Part shown: one piece after another, positions 8,491 through 18,397 of the stretch
Numbering within the stretch: the stretch's first letter is position 1
Layout: every line of letters begins with the position of its first letter
IMG/VR virus record: IMGVR_UViG_2579778884_000014
DNA: 41,415 nt
Reading direction: 5' to 3' (one strand)
From: a virus
Lineage: Duplodnaviria; Heunggongvirae; Uroviricota; Caudoviricetes
Notes under the pieces: model-generated
The model's input: the letters and a program-made list of their open reading frames with translations, nothing else
What the model was told of the DNA's origin: nothing
Database searches by the model: none
Program-made: the position numbers and the translations under genes

Positions 8491-8793
8491 TTACTCCGTT
8501 GATACCAGTAAATGGCTGCGACCGCCCAGGTCAGTTTTTGTGGGGTAATCCTGTGTGTTGTCATCACAGACCACCACCAGCTTAAAACCAAGCCCCATAC
8601 AGGCGTACTGCGCCAGCAGCTCAGCACCAGTGACGAGAGGAATACCGGAGATTACCGGCTCCCCTCTGTCGTTCTGCAGGTCCATAATCCAGTACAGATC
8701 GCGCCATATGATGCTAATCCGCCAGGTGACACCACCCAGGACGATGCTGAACTGCTGGTTGTCCGCTGTCAGCGGAATTTCCTGAATTGTCAT
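8491..8793 (-). CDS. Tail protein of unknown role
   Basis: 100 aa ORF tightly packed within the tail operon. Confidence 0.45.
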   Translation of the reverse strand: MTIQEIPLTADNQQFSIVLGGVTWRISIIWRDLYWIMDLQNDRGEPVISGIPLVTGAELLAQYACMGLGFKLVVVCDDNTQDYPTKTDLGGRSHLLVSTE

Positions 8794-9380
8794 TAGCCGC
8801 CCCCCAGTAATGACGCCACGTTACCCGTGATGCTTTTCAGCAGTGAAGTATCTGGAGGCTTTGTGGTTTTGTTGCCGCTGTTCTGTACCGCCGACGTGCT
8901 GGCCCCTTCCTTCATGTTGGTTTTATCCGCGACGGTAATCTGCTGTGTCCGGGAGATAATGACCTCCCTCAGGGTGAGGACAGCGGACAGGACGTTTTCG
9001 GTTGTCTTGTCCGTCGTCACTTCCAGCGCCCGGATCAACATGTTGCTGTACAGCCGTTTACCGGTTACCACATCGAAGGGGATACGGCTTTCCTGCAGAC
9101 CCAGTAGCTCCTGATACGTCTGCTGAGGACTCAGGCCGAGCAGGCTGGTAGCCGTCAGGTTACTGGCAAAATCCAGCAATGCGCCGCCACCGGCGAAACC
9201 AACCTCCATCACCACTTCTGACGGTTTTTTATAGGCATGATCAGCGACAGCGGCCCCGACCTCTACCGGATGCTCTGTTATTTCAAGCATATCTGTATGC
9301 TTCTCTGAAATAACAACACTGGGAACAATCATTCCTATTTTTCTGCTCTGCTGATGAAAAAGTGTAGAGAGAATATCCAC
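8793..9380 (-). CDS. Tail protein of unknown role
   Basis: 195 aa ORF immediately downstream of the tape measure gene with a 1 nt start/stop overlap. Confidence 0.45.
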   Translation of the reverse strand: MDILSTLFHQQSRKIGMIVPSVVISEKHTDMLEITEHPVEVGAAVADHAYKKPSEVVMEVGFAGGGALLDFASNLTATSLLGLSPQQTYQELLGLQESRIPFDVVTGKRLYSNMLIRALEVTTDKTTENVLSAVLTLREVIISRTQQITVADKTNMKEGASTSAVQNSGNKTTKPPDTSLLKSITGNVASLLGGG

Positions 9381-11365
9381 TAACCCACCCTCACCTGATT
9401 ACTTCGCATGACCTGAGCATTTGCAGACTGTTGCCGACGTGCAACCTCATTACCGACAGCGTGCGGATCTCCGCCACCGTAAATGTGGTAGGTATTTTGC
9501 TGGTTAACCTCTGTCACTTTGCCACTAATTCCCGCCACGGCAGCCTTATTAATCAGCTCTCGAGAATAGATATTTCTTCCATTCTCATGCTGGATAATGC
9601 TGCTCATCAATGCTGACATGGTTTGCGGATCACTCATATTCAGGGCAGCCCGGGGATCCACTCCCAGTCGTTGCGATACAGCCCTGATATACGCTGTTGT
9701 GTTGTTATTATCAGACGCAGGTGCCCAGGTAGAGATAATTTTCTCCACACTGTTTATTCCCCGTCCGGCGTACAGCATTAACTGACGAGCAAGAGCCCGT
9801 AATCCATCAAAGGCAGTTTCAAATCTGGCAAATCGCCCGCCCGGGCGTTCAAGAGAAGCCCCTGCCTGACCAGCAAAATTAAGGTTTCCCGGATTGTTAT
9901 TCCGTTCTCCTCGTTTCGTAGCCTGTGCATATTGTTCCGGCTCAGCACCTGGAATATCTGACTGAATATTTGCGCCTTTTACGGTATGAGGATTACGACC
10001 AAAATCGGTATCAATGCCAAGCCAGCGCAATGAATCTCCAATATTTTGTTTCGTGTAATCCCAGGATGACTTCGCACTGGCACCAATATTTTCGCGATCA
10101 GAGTACAAATACGCAGCATAAGCCATCCAGCCTTTTAACCACGGCGGGACCGGCAAACCTGATATTTTCCCGAAAGCCCCCAGAACCCTGGATACCCAGA
10201 CACCCGCGATGAATGTACCAAGGATTTCCAGTGCATTTTGCCAGCCGCCAACACCATCTTTTAGTTCCAGAAGGTGATCACGAAGCCAGGTGATCGCATC
10301 CTTCGCTTTATCTATTGCCGGTTGCCATTTTTCCCAGTCGATAAGACTGTTACCGCCTTCTTTCCATGTTTTGTAGTCTTCCCACAAGAGACCGAGAGCC
10401 ACGATCAGACCGGTAATCAGCCCTATAGGTGACATCCAGAAAGTAGAGTTAAGTATCCGCATGGCGACAACCAGACCGCCGATAACCTCTATCAGGGTTT
10501 TCGTTTCGGCATCCAGTTTCCCCCACCACTCGATGATATCTCCGACACCATCGACTATCCGAAATGCTACCCGCCCGACTATCTCACCCAGCCAGAGGAT
10601 CCCCTTTATGACCTTTGTGATGGTGACTTCAATTTTGGGAAAATTTTCAATTATCTTTTTGCGCAGGTTATCAATCTGCCCCGCCAGTCCGTCCGCAAGA
10701 TTCGATCCGATTTTGTCCCGCGCCATCCTGGCCATTTCACCGAGCGATTTCAGCGAGGTCATAAACCGGTTTGACGATAAGGCAGCCTGATCGGCATTAA
10801 ATCCGATCGCTTTCACCATTTCTGAATACTGAGCGCTGAACTGCCCCACTCCGCGACGCATAGCCATCAGGGTATTTTCGTCAATGCCCAGCATCTGCGC
10901 ATACTGGTTAGCCCGGTAATACGGCATGCTGCTGAGTTTCTGTCCAACGCCCGTAAAGATAGCAGCCATGTCACGCATGTTACCGCTGGCATCACGGGTC
11001 TGTACGCCCAGGCGATTCAGAAAGCCTTCTGCTCCGGGATTGTTACGAATAAACCGGGAGAGGCTTTCCAGAGAAGATCGCGCAGCGTCCACACTGCCGC
11101 CAACCTGCGAAACCGCATAGCCAATAGACTGAATTCCCTGGACCGTCGCGCCGGTGCGCTGTGACGCCCAGTAAAGATTATCCAGGCCGGAGGCGATCTT
11201 AGCCGTGAAGGCCACCACGGACAGCGCAGCCCCTTCAACAGCCAGCCCCATTTTGATGACATTTGCAGTTGTACCGGCGAGGACAGAACCGAACTTTTTC
11301 GCTCCTGCATCATCCACACTGAAGCCAAGCGAGACGAGGAAATCTTTAATAGTTTCAGCGTTCAT
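9380..11365 (-). CDS. Tail tape measure protein
   Basis: Largest gene of the tail module, alanine/glycine-rich with helical and hydrophobic segments. Track start at 11386 is a TTG; the ATG at 11365 has a strong GGAGAGAGG Shine-Dalgarno. Confidence 0.8.
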   Translation of the reverse strand: MNAETIKDFLVSLGFSVDDAGAKKFGSVLAGTTANVIKMGLAVEGAALSVVAFTAKIASGLDNLYWASQRTGATVQGIQSIGYAVSQVGGSVDAARSSLESLSRFIRNNPGAEGFLNRLGVQTRDASGNMRDMAAIFTGVGQKLSSMPYYRANQYAQMLGIDENTLMAMRRGVGQFSAQYSEMVKAIGFNADQAALSSNRFMTSLKSLGEMARMARDKIGSNLADGLAGQIDNLRKKIIENFPKIEVTITKVIKGILWLGEIVGRVAFRIVDGVGDIIEWWGKLDAETKTLIEVIGGLVVAMRILNSTFWMSPIGLITGLIVALGLLWEDYKTWKEGGNSLIDWEKWQPAIDKAKDAITWLRDHLLELKDGVGGWQNALEILGTFIAGVWVSRVLGAFGKISGLPVPPWLKGWMAYAAYLYSDRENIGASAKSSWDYTKQNIGDSLRWLGIDTDFGRNPHTVKGANIQSDIPGAEPEQYAQATKRGERNNNPGNLNFAGQAGASLERPGGRFARFETAFDGLRALARQLMLYAGRGINSVEKIISTWAPASDNNNTTAYIRAVSQRLGVDPRAALNMSDPQTMSALMSSIIQHENGRNIYSRELINKAAVAGISGKVTEVNQQNTYHIYGGGDPHAVGNEVARRQQSANAQVMRSNQVRVG

Positions 11366-11995
11366 TATCCTCTCTCCATTTCTCAATGCGTCGCTGGTTA
11401 TCCGCTTTTACCGCCAGATGGTCATTCAAGAGAGCAATGTCATACAAATCGACAGAGCCATCTTTAAGTGCTGTATAAGGAATTAACCCGGCGTCAACCG
11501 GATTGAGAAGGTAGGACAGCCCGTCCGGCAGGCTGTTAAACGTCAGCCCTGTTGCAGGCTCTGCGTCGTGCTGGTAAGGGGTGTAGGCAAAAAATTTCCC
11601 AGCGAATCGGCGACCACCCGCGCCACCAGCTGCAGCATGACCAGCAAGTCAATATCATCAAACATCAGTTCGCCCTGGGTAAATACCGGCACCCATCCGT
11701 CCATATGACGCCGCGATACCACCGCAAGACAGGGATGAATAATCGCATCGGTGTCATCTTCGGTCAGGGAAGACAGTTCCTCAGCGATACGCGGGAGCAT
11801 GGTTTCAAACACCGGTTTTAACTGTTCGAATTTCACGGTGTCGATTTTGCCGTCAGCAGGCAAACGGGAGCGAATACTCCCGAAATCTGACATCATTCCT
11901 GCCAACACCGGCAGAAGTTTGCGGGTCACTTTCAGTTGGTCAAAAACGCTGAGTTTTGCCACGCGATATTTCACGCCTTTAATTTCGAATTCCAT
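11355..11995 (-). CDS. Tail assembly chaperone, predicted -1 frameshift fusion product (GT-like)
   Basis: Slippery heptamer T_TTT_TTG (plus coordinates 11588..11594) about 15 codons before the chaperone stop; the -1 frame is open from there to a TGA at 11355..11357, just inside the tape measure start. Confidence 0.5.
11543..11995 (-). CDS. Tail assembly chaperone (G-like, unshifted product)
   Basis: 150 aa ORF between the tail tube and tape measure genes, the conserved chaperone position. Confidence 0.65.
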   Translation of the reverse strand: MEFEIKGVKYRVAKLSVFDQLKVTRKLLPVLAGMMSDFGSIRSRLPADGKIDTVKFEQLKPVFETMLPRIAEELSSLTEDDTDAIIHPCLAVVSRRHMDGWVPVFTQGELMFDDIDLLVMLQLVARVVADSLGNFLPTPLTSTTQSLQQG

Positions 11996-11998
11996 GCA

Positions 11999-12439
11999 TT
12001 AAAACTCCCCGAGAACCTGGTCAATCTTGCCGCAGTCAAACACCCACGGCATCGTATTACCGGTTTTAGCGTTGGCGTTATCCGGTTGTTTCTGGAACGC
12101 AACACTGCGTGCCGTGATGATGTCGCCGCTGACCTTGTTGCGGATCACGATAACGTTATTCCCCCATGTGGCAGAAGACTGGCTCTGTGCGTTATACGCC
12201 AGCGACAATTTTTTATTTGTCGGTGATGTCTTCAGAAGGTTAACGGTAATCGTCCCGCTTTTATCTGCATGGAGACTGTGCATCACTTCGCCATCAGCAC
12301 CGATGGTCATGGTGTTTTTAGGACCACCCATCGCAACCACAATCCCCTCTTCAGAACTTGCCGAACCGTACCCGAGGTCAATCGAACCGGTCGGCCCGGT
12401 CAGCGTCGCAGTGACATCCATAAAAGAATAGGTAGACAT
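11999..12439 (-). CDS. Tail tube protein
   Basis: 146 aa ORF directly downstream of the sheath gene; size and position typical of contractile-tail tube proteins. Confidence 0.65.
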   Translation of the reverse strand: MSTYSFMDVTATLTGPTGSIDLGYGSASSEEGIVVAMGGPKNTMTIGADGEVMHSLHADKSGTITVNLLKTSPTNKKLSLAYNAQSQSSATWGNNVIVIRNKVSGDIITARSVAFQKQPDNANAKTGNTMPWVFDCGKIDQVLGEF

Positions 12440-12449
12440 TCACTTCCCC

Positions 12450-13595
12450 TTAGCGAACAACGTTAATCTGTACGTCAGCGTAATGAACCGCGCCTGCAAG
12501 TTTTATTGCAGCCTGAATCACCGGAGCCTTACGGGCTTCACGTTCTGATTGTGCCTGTTCATCCAGCGGCTGGGCGTATACGTAATAACCTTTGGGCAGT
12601 GTGTCACCTGATGACAACTGACCAAGGTCGCCCCCGTTCCATACGCCCGGAGCAATCAGTCCATTCTGAACGGCCTGATCCAGTGATTTTTCAACATTTG
12701 ATAACAGTCGGGTAATACCGGCTTCAGTCTGGGGAACTTTCGTGGTACTGGAATAAAGCAGGTTATAGAGGTTGGTCTGCACATAATTCTGTAACCAGTC
12801 CAGGCCGTGGCGTTCATCAAAGAAATCGCCGTTAGCCATCACTCCCTGCTGGAGGATAGCTGTATCATTCTGGTAGTACACGAACACATTGCAGTTTTTT
12901 GCATCAAGTGCCGATGCCTGGCTGACTGTCAGTGTTTCATACCCGACACCCGGCTCCTGCTTAAACTTGAGCGTAATCGCGGTATTACTGCCATTGAAAT
13001 TAACCGTGAATGCCCGGCCAAATGCAGATAACGCAGCGTATTTATTACCCGATGAATACTGAATAAAACTGCGTGAATATCCGGCGGTTTTCAGTTTTGA
13101 TGCCAAATCATCGCTGGATGCAGTCTGCAGGCATTTCTCATCGCTTGTCGTAATCGCCAGAATACGGCTTACAGAAGAGGATTCGATCGCCGCAGCCACT
13201 TTCAGCCAGTCTGCATCCGGAATATCTTCATCGCCTGCAATCCCCAGCCCATACCATGAAGTATAATCGAGCATGGCATTCACAGCCTGCTCCAGCGTCT
13301 CAGGCGTGGCCTGTTCGCTGTCTCCCTTCGTTTTCACCCAACGACCAACAAAAACCTCCTGAGGTTTCGGTGATTGTGAGAAAAACACCTGCGCAGCTTT
13401 ATATTCTGGTGATTCCACGCCAAAATCTTTTCCAATATCTTCCGCGGCAGAATAACGACGAATGCGCTCACTTACCGGAATGATTGTGGACGGGCCGAGA
13501 ATGAGTAATGCACCAAAATTTCGCCCTGATGCTGCACGCGGCGACATGATCACATCAACATTAACAACGTTTGATACAGGCAAGCCCTGTGCCAT
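12450..13595 (-). CDS. Tail sheath protein
   Basis: 381 aa ORF preceding the tube gene; size and position typical of sheath proteins. Confidence 0.7.
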   Translation of the reverse strand: MAQGLPVSNVVNVDVIMSPRAASGRNFGALLILGPSTIIPVSERIRRYSAAEDIGKDFGVESPEYKAAQVFFSQSPKPQEVFVGRWVKTKGDSEQATPETLEQAVNAMLDYTSWYGLGIAGDEDIPDADWLKVAAAIESSSVSRILAITTSDEKCLQTASSDDLASKLKTAGYSRSFIQYSSGNKYAALSAFGRAFTVNFNGSNTAITLKFKQEPGVGYETLTVSQASALDAKNCNVFVYYQNDTAILQQGVMANGDFFDERHGLDWLQNYVQTNLYNLLYSSTTKVPQTEAGITRLLSNVEKSLDQAVQNGLIAPGVWNGGDLGQLSSGDTLPKGYYVYAQPLDEQAQSEREARKAPVIQAAIKLAGAVHYADVQINVVR

Positions 13596-13598
13596 AGC

Positions 13599-14165
13599 TT
13601 AATCTCCGAAAAAGATGACTGGTGCTTCCACCAGCGATTTAATACCGTACTCGCGCACAACCTTCCGGCGCAGACGCACCGTCATATCGTAGCGGCGGAC
13701 CCATTGCTGATTAATAAGTTCAGGGAAGGGAGTCAGACCTGTGTAATCGCCAAGAGACAGCCCCAGCGCATTCAGTGCTGCGTTGTTCTGCGGTACAGAT
13801 ATACCGTCACGAAACCGGGACGCATACACCATCCCCGCCGGACCATAAAACGAAGCCATACACTCAATCGTTTCATGCCGCCAGAGCTGAGAGCCATCAT
13901 CGGTCTGTCTGGTGAATGCCGGACTGTCATCACCTGACCATCCGATAACCCCAAACGCACACCAGTTCGTTTCAGCCGGTAGCAGTGGCGGTTGCTCTTT
14001 CTGCCAGCGCGGACGAACCATCCCGGCAGACAGACCGGAAACGTTACGCATCCACTGGCTTAACAGCCTGTCGAGCGCTTCGTCATAATCCGGATCGCCA
14101 CTGGTTGGTATTAACCATCCGCGCTCTGTACTGGTGTTATTGCTCAACCGGAGTTCCCCCATCAA
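13599..14165 (-). CDS. Neck / tail completion protein
   Basis: 188 aa ORF between head and sheath genes; by synteny only. Confidence 0.45.
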   Translation of the reverse strand: MMGELRLSNNTSTERGWLIPTSGDPDYDEALDRLLSQWMRNVSGLSAGMVRPRWQKEQPPLLPAETNWCAFGVIGWSGDDSPAFTRQTDDGSQLWRHETIECMASFYGPAGMVYASRFRDGISVPQNNAALNALGLSLGDYTGLTPFPELINQQWVRRYDMTVRLRRKVVREYGIKSLVEAPVIFFGD

Positions 14166-14526
14166 ACGGCATCAACTCACAATGCGCCTGAACGAATCCG
14201 GCCCCATAAGCTGTATACGGGTCGACGAAGGTCACACGATAATCACGGCCCTGATACGTCACGATATCGGCATCACGGCCAGTCTGTCCCTGCGTCAGTC
14301 GCTCAGTCGTCACGATCAGAATTGCACCGCTGATTACCTGCCCGGCCTGCATACGGCGGTTTTCCAGAGAGCGATCAACAGTTACGACTCCGGCAAACTG
14401 CTTTTTAACTTCACTGTCGCTGCCGATCCCGTCCTCATCCACCGTTTGCTCTCGGCGTGTTACCCACAAATTGAAGTCGCAAAAATCGGGGTCAAAAAGC
14501 ACATCTGTTACATCAAGAGTCGGCAT
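14137..14526 (-). CDS. Head-tail joining protein
   Basis: 129 aa ORF overlapping neighbours in the head-to-tail junction region. Confidence 0.45.
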   Translation of the reverse strand: MPTLDVTDVLFDPDFCDFNLWVTRREQTVDEDGIGSDSEVKKQFAGVVTVDRSLENRRMQAGQVISGAILIVTTERLTQGQTGRDADIVTYQGRDYRVTFVDPYTAYGAGFVQAHCELMPFDGGTPVEQ

Positions 14527-15067
14527 CTTTATCCCTCACAACATGGGTAATCGCTCTGCGATATTGCCCGGTGTCAATTAATGGTTTCGCCAGATCGGTT
14601 CCCGGAGATTCGCCAGCAGCACGCCGGGCAAGTTCCAGTGTTGCCCCCTTGCGCCCCCGACGAGCCCGGGCTTCAACAGTACTGTCAGCAAGCGGCGTAA
14701 AGCCGGTAATGGTCATGTAACGCCTGACGCCATTAACGGCCAGCGTTCCGGCACGGTTGAGTGCACTTTCTGCTCCCGCAGCATTACCATCAAGTGCAGC
14801 CTGCGCCGCGGTTTTAAGCTGCGGCACCGTCTGCTCTTCTGCCGATTTAACGCCGGGGACCAGGTGAGGTCGTGGCGGGATGTTCTGCTCTGGTGAGCCG
14901 TATTCGTTGAGGTAACCGATGCCCGCATTACCAAACGGAACATCATCCCGCTCGCTGTCTTCCGAAGGGATGCCGACCAGCACATCTTTTTTGGTTAACG
15001 ACCTGAGCGCATCCAGAATGGCCTTAGCGTTATCCACCCTCGTTGTTACACCGCTTTTGAAACTCAT
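14513..15067 (-). CDS. Head-tail joining / head completion protein
   Basis: 184 aa ORF in the connector region. Confidence 0.45.
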   Translation of the reverse strand: MSFKSGVTTRVDNAKAILDALRSLTKKDVLVGIPSEDSERDDVPFGNAGIGYLNEYGSPEQNIPPRPHLVPGVKSAEEQTVPQLKTAAQAALDGNAAGAESALNRAGTLAVNGVRRYMTITGFTPLADSTVEARARRGRKGATLELARRAAGESPGTDLAKPLIDTGQYRRAITHVVRDKDADS

Positions 15068-15471
15068 AGCTGGCGACCACCTGCACCGAACATCATGATC
15101 AACTGATAAAATTCAGCGCCATATCGGGTGTTATTCCAGAAACCTGCATCAGGATTCAGCGTCGCGCTGGTGTCATAACTGACGCTTACCTTATCCACGG
15201 ACTTTGAGGACTGAACACCATTGGTTGAACCGCCCGGACCACCAGCCAGCATCGCCCTGCTGTCTGCCGCCCAGAGCGTCATGTAGTGCGCAACGAACAA
15301 CCCGGCAAAGTACGGAAACAACTTTTTGCCGGTGACGTTTTCGCTCAGTAGTTCATCTGCCAGATTCAGACGAAACTGGATTTGCGCTTCGGGATATTTG
15401 GCAGGGTCAGCAAACTGCGGGAAGTCGCGGCGAAAATCACTTACCGCTGGCAGACTTTGATTCTTTGGCAT
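15064..15471 (-). CDS. Head-tail connector protein
   Basis: 135 aa ORF with 4 nt overlap to the downstream gene. Confidence 0.45.
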   Translation of the reverse strand: MPKNQSLPAVSDFRRDFPQFADPAKYPEAQIQFRLNLADELLSENVTGKKLFPYFAGLFVAHYMTLWAADSRAMLAGGPGGSTNGVQSSKSVDKVSVSYDTSATLNPDAGFWNNTRYGAEFYQLIMMFGAGGRQL

Positions 15472-15658
15472 TTTTTACCTCGTTACGCGCGTCTGTGGCT
15501 TTGCCAACGGATACTTCCGCGTGCGCACGAGTGAACCAGTGCGTGGCAACGTCTTCCTCCACAGCATGACGGCCTTTAACAAACTCGCGCCGTGAACCGT
15601 CGGGAAGCGTGAGCACAAACGGGGTATGTACGTGTATTACTGCATTATTTTTTGCCAT
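15437..15658 (-). CDS. Hypothetical small head-region protein
   Basis: 73 aa ORF with AAGGATGA Shine-Dalgarno, directly after the post-capsid hairpin. Confidence 0.4.
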   Translation of the reverse strand: MAKNNAVIHVHTPFVLTLPDGSRREFVKGRHAVEEDVATHWFTRAHAEVSVGKATDARNEVKNAKESKSASGK

Positions 15659-15699
15659 CGGGTCATCCTTAATGGCCCCGCCAGGGGGCCATGTGGCTG

Positions 15700-16641
15700 T
15701 TAAATGCCATCAACGTACGAAATGGTTTCTTTGTACACTGGCTCAACCGCACCCAGCTTGCCGTAGTAAGTGACGATCTGATACAGACCGCGATACTGCA
15801 CCGGCACGCTCTGAAGCGGAACCAGCGGGTAGCGGACGTATTTTTTATCGTTGGTGTACGCAACCATGCGATCCTTTTTCCCCACACCACGGCCTTTCAG
15901 CCATTTAACCGCGCGGATATTCAGCGGAACACCGTTCTGGTGATAGCTGATGGTGTTGGTCCGAAGGTACGTCAACAGGGACTGGTTACCCGCAGATGAA
16001 ACGATGATGCTGGACAACAGAGCAAACTGCTCAGGCGGGATCAGCAAATCACGCGGAACCACAGAGTAACCGGAAGCGGCCCACGCATCAGACAGCACCT
16101 GGTTAATGCTTGCGCGGATTTCGTCCGGTGTTGAGGTTGCCCACGTTTTGGCAGAGTTGTTGACAGGCACGCCGTCCAGGGTAACAAGGCCTTTCAGGTT
16201 TAATGCGGAATCGCCAACATATACCTGTTCATCGTTATCCATCTGCCATTTCAGTTGCATACCGTCATACTTCTGCGTATCAATCGGGCGGCCGACCTGC
16301 TGAGCAGCCTGCAATTCTATGATCGTCCAGCCAAGTTCCATCCCCCACAGGTTCAGCGGGTTACCGGATTTGCCGATATCCACGTTCACGCCAGCAATAG
16401 CGGTTGAGTCTTTGCCTACCCAGTTTTTGCCATTCGGATTTGCACCAGTACCCGCAGCGGCGAAGCTGGTATTCGTCCAGCTGGAAATGTCATCTGCGAT
16501 AGAGACATCTTCACGCAACTGAATATCGCGGGTCCAGGTGTACCCCACCAGCGGCAGGTTCAGCGTCTGGTCGAGTCGCTCCAGCTCCCCGATGAGAAAG
16601 GCACCAGAGCTGTCAACGGTTGCCTGATCAAAAGTAATCAT
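15700..16641 (-). CDS. Major capsid protein
   Basis: 313 aa ORF following scaffold and decoration-like genes and followed by a strong stem-loop. Confidence 0.6.
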   Translation of the reverse strand: MITFDQATVDSSGAFLIGELERLDQTLNLPLVGYTWTRDIQLREDVSIADDISSWTNTSFAAAGTGANPNGKNWVGKDSTAIAGVNVDIGKSGNPLNLWGMELGWTIIELQAAQQVGRPIDTQKYDGMQLKWQMDNDEQVYVGDSALNLKGLVTLDGVPVNNSAKTWATSTPDEIRASINQVLSDAWAASGYSVVPRDLLIPPEQFALLSSIIVSSAGNQSLLTYLRTNTISYHQNGVPLNIRAVKWLKGRGVGKKDRMVAYTNDKKYVRYPLVPLQSVPVQYRGLYQIVTYYGKLGAVEPVYKETISYVDGI

Positions 16642-16652
16642 TCGTCTGTTCC

Positions 16653-17159
16653 TTAAATTTTCCAGGAAATTTCTGCATTGCCGTCAGCATCACCGGCACC
16701 TGTGAATTCAGCGTTGGTCAGCACCACATTTTTGCCACTGACTGACGTGGACATGAATCCACCCAGCGGCACTTTGATGGATTCATCAGTGGAGACGACA
16801 ACGTATACCGGGTCGCCTTTTTTGATGGTGCTGGCATCAAAATCAGAACCGAGATTAACGGTCACGTAGCCACGCTTCATGGCGTCGCCCGGGAAGTTCT
16901 TGCCACTCCCCACCTGGCGAACCATGTCCGGCTGCGAAGTGGTCGGATAAGGGCGCACGTAGATCCCCTTCACCTTGTCTGCGGTATCACCATCTGCCAG
17001 CGGCACGAAAAAACCGTCATCATCGTATTTACCAGCCAGCCCATAGGCAGCGAAGGCGTTATCGGATTTAAGGACCACCGGTTCGACGGTTAAGTCCTGC
17101 GGGCGAGAGACAGCCCCGGCAATGCCAACAGGCATCCGGTACAGAAATACATTATTCAT
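16653..17159 (-). CDS. Head structural / decoration-like protein
   Basis: 168 aa ORF between the scaffold-like and capsid genes. Confidence 0.45.
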   Translation of the reverse strand: MNNVFLYRMPVGIAGAVSRPQDLTVEPVVLKSDNAFAAYGLAGKYDDDGFFVPLADGDTADKVKGIYVRPYPTTSQPDMVRQVGSGKNFPGDAMKRGYVTVNLGSDFDASTIKKGDPVYVVVSTDESIKVPLGGFMSTSVSGKNVVLTNAEFTGAGDADGNAEISWKI

Positions 17160-17162
17160 TTT

Positions 17163-18383
17163 TTACCCTTTACGGTTTGCCCAGAATTCAGCGTTTTGTT
17201 TGTTCAGGGAAGCGATACTGGTCATGCCCATGTTTAGGCGCTGTGCATCGCCGGTGGTGGCGCGGGTGTTTCGCCCTTTGGCAATCTCAGACACGGCATT
17301 AAACGCCATGTCGACCGATTGTTTCGGCAATTTGCGGATATCCGCATCACCGACGATCTGGCGAACCAGCGTTTTATCTGCGGAAGCCAGAACCTCGCGT
17401 TTGAACTCGGTCGGTTTCATCTTACGGCTCAGATCGATACCCGGAACGATAACTTCGGCACGCCAGGCTGAGTCACCAGTAATCGTGGTTTCCTCTTCAT
17501 CGTCCTCGCCGTCACCGGTCGGATTATCGTCAGGCTTATTATCGTTATCGCCCGTGGCATTTCCTTCCAGCTTAGCCAGCAGGGCTTTCAGTAATGTTTT
17601 GAGGTCATCATCACTGTCGCCGGTTGGACCTCCCCCCATCTCTGGTGCTTTGTCCGGTAGTGGTTGCTGCGGGGACAGGTTGATGTTGAGATTAACGCCC
17701 TGCGGCAAATCCCCCTCATCTCCTGTAACCGATGCGGGAGCCGACTCCACCAGTTCGTTCATGGTGTCGGCATCTCCTGTCTTGATGGCTGCACGCATGC
17801 GGTTCCACCAGTTTTTCTTTTGATTTGCCATTGTGTCTCTGTCTCCAATTGCACAACGATTTCCGGCTCTGCCTTTGGGGACAAGAGCCACATGGTTTCC
17901 GGTAATATCGACCTGCTCGGCTTTACCTGGCTCGGTCTGCTCGTACTCCGCGTCATAGCCGCACGACACTTCACGCAGGCCATCTTCGATAAGCTGAATG
18001 GCGCTTTCGTCTTTGACGATAAGGTCAGCCAGCATCAAATCAGACTGCTCACCCGTCCCGCGCCGGACATTCTGGAGGTGCCCGACAGCAAGCTCTTTCC
18101 AGTTCTCGGGATTTACCAGCCGCACATCCCCGTTTTCATCCTCGGGATGCAACACCGTGATACTCATTCCTTCGAATGAGGCAAGCGTGGCGGGATGGAA
18201 TACCTGCTCAGGAGATCGCGTGACGACTATTTCACCGAACTTATCGGGTTTCAGTTTTGGCAGGTCATCAGCACCATAGAGCTGCTTACCTGTTCGTCCT
18301 ATCGGCACGTCTTTGCACAGCAACGAGCCGTCAGCCAGCTGATAGCGGGTTTCCCCCAGCCGGGTATTGAAAAAATATTTCAT
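17163..18383 (-). CDS. Head scaffolding / prohead protease-like protein
   Basis: 406 aa ORF with a long acidic low-complexity linker (…TGDSDDDL…GDGEDDEEE…) typical of scaffold proteins. Confidence 0.5.
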   Translation of the reverse strand: MKYFFNTRLGETRYQLADGSLLCKDVPIGRTGKQLYGADDLPKLKPDKFGEIVVTRSPEQVFHPATLASFEGMSITVLHPEDENGDVRLVNPENWKELAVGHLQNVRRGTGEQSDLMLADLIVKDESAIQLIEDGLREVSCGYDAEYEQTEPGKAEQVDITGNHVALVPKGRAGNRCAIGDRDTMANQKKNWWNRMRAAIKTGDADTMNELVESAPASVTGDEGDLPQGVNLNINLSPQQPLPDKAPEMGGGPTGDSDDDLKTLLKALLAKLEGNATGDNDNKPDDNPTGDGEDDEEETTITGDSAWRAEVIVPGIDLSRKMKPTEFKREVLASADKTLVRQIVGDADIRKLPKQSVDMAFNAVSEIAKGRNTRATTGDAQRLNMGMTSIASLNKQNAEFWANRKG

Positions 18384-18397
18384 GTGTTACCTGCGAT

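Noticed and set aside
11205-11486. 93 aa plus-strand ORF in the chaperone-tape measure gap
   Set aside because: Opposite strand to the operon; the gap is fully accounted for by the -1 frameshift extension of the chaperone.
12027-12431. 134 aa plus-strand ORF inside the tail tube gene
   Set aside because: Fully antisense to a well-supported structural gene in a tightly packed operon, no ribosome-binding site, proline/serine/leucine-rich shadow-frame composition.
15669-15890. 73 aa minus-strand ORF overlapping the major capsid gene 3-prime end
   Set aside because: Out-of-frame overlap with the capsid gene and spans the post-capsid hairpin; the co-linear 15437..15658 ORF with a Shine-Dalgarno is the better call.
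17122-17823. 233 aa plus-strand ORF antisense to the scaffold-like gene
   Set aside because: Shadow ORF of the GC-rich acidic-linker region; Ser/Pro-rich low-complexity translation with no start signals.
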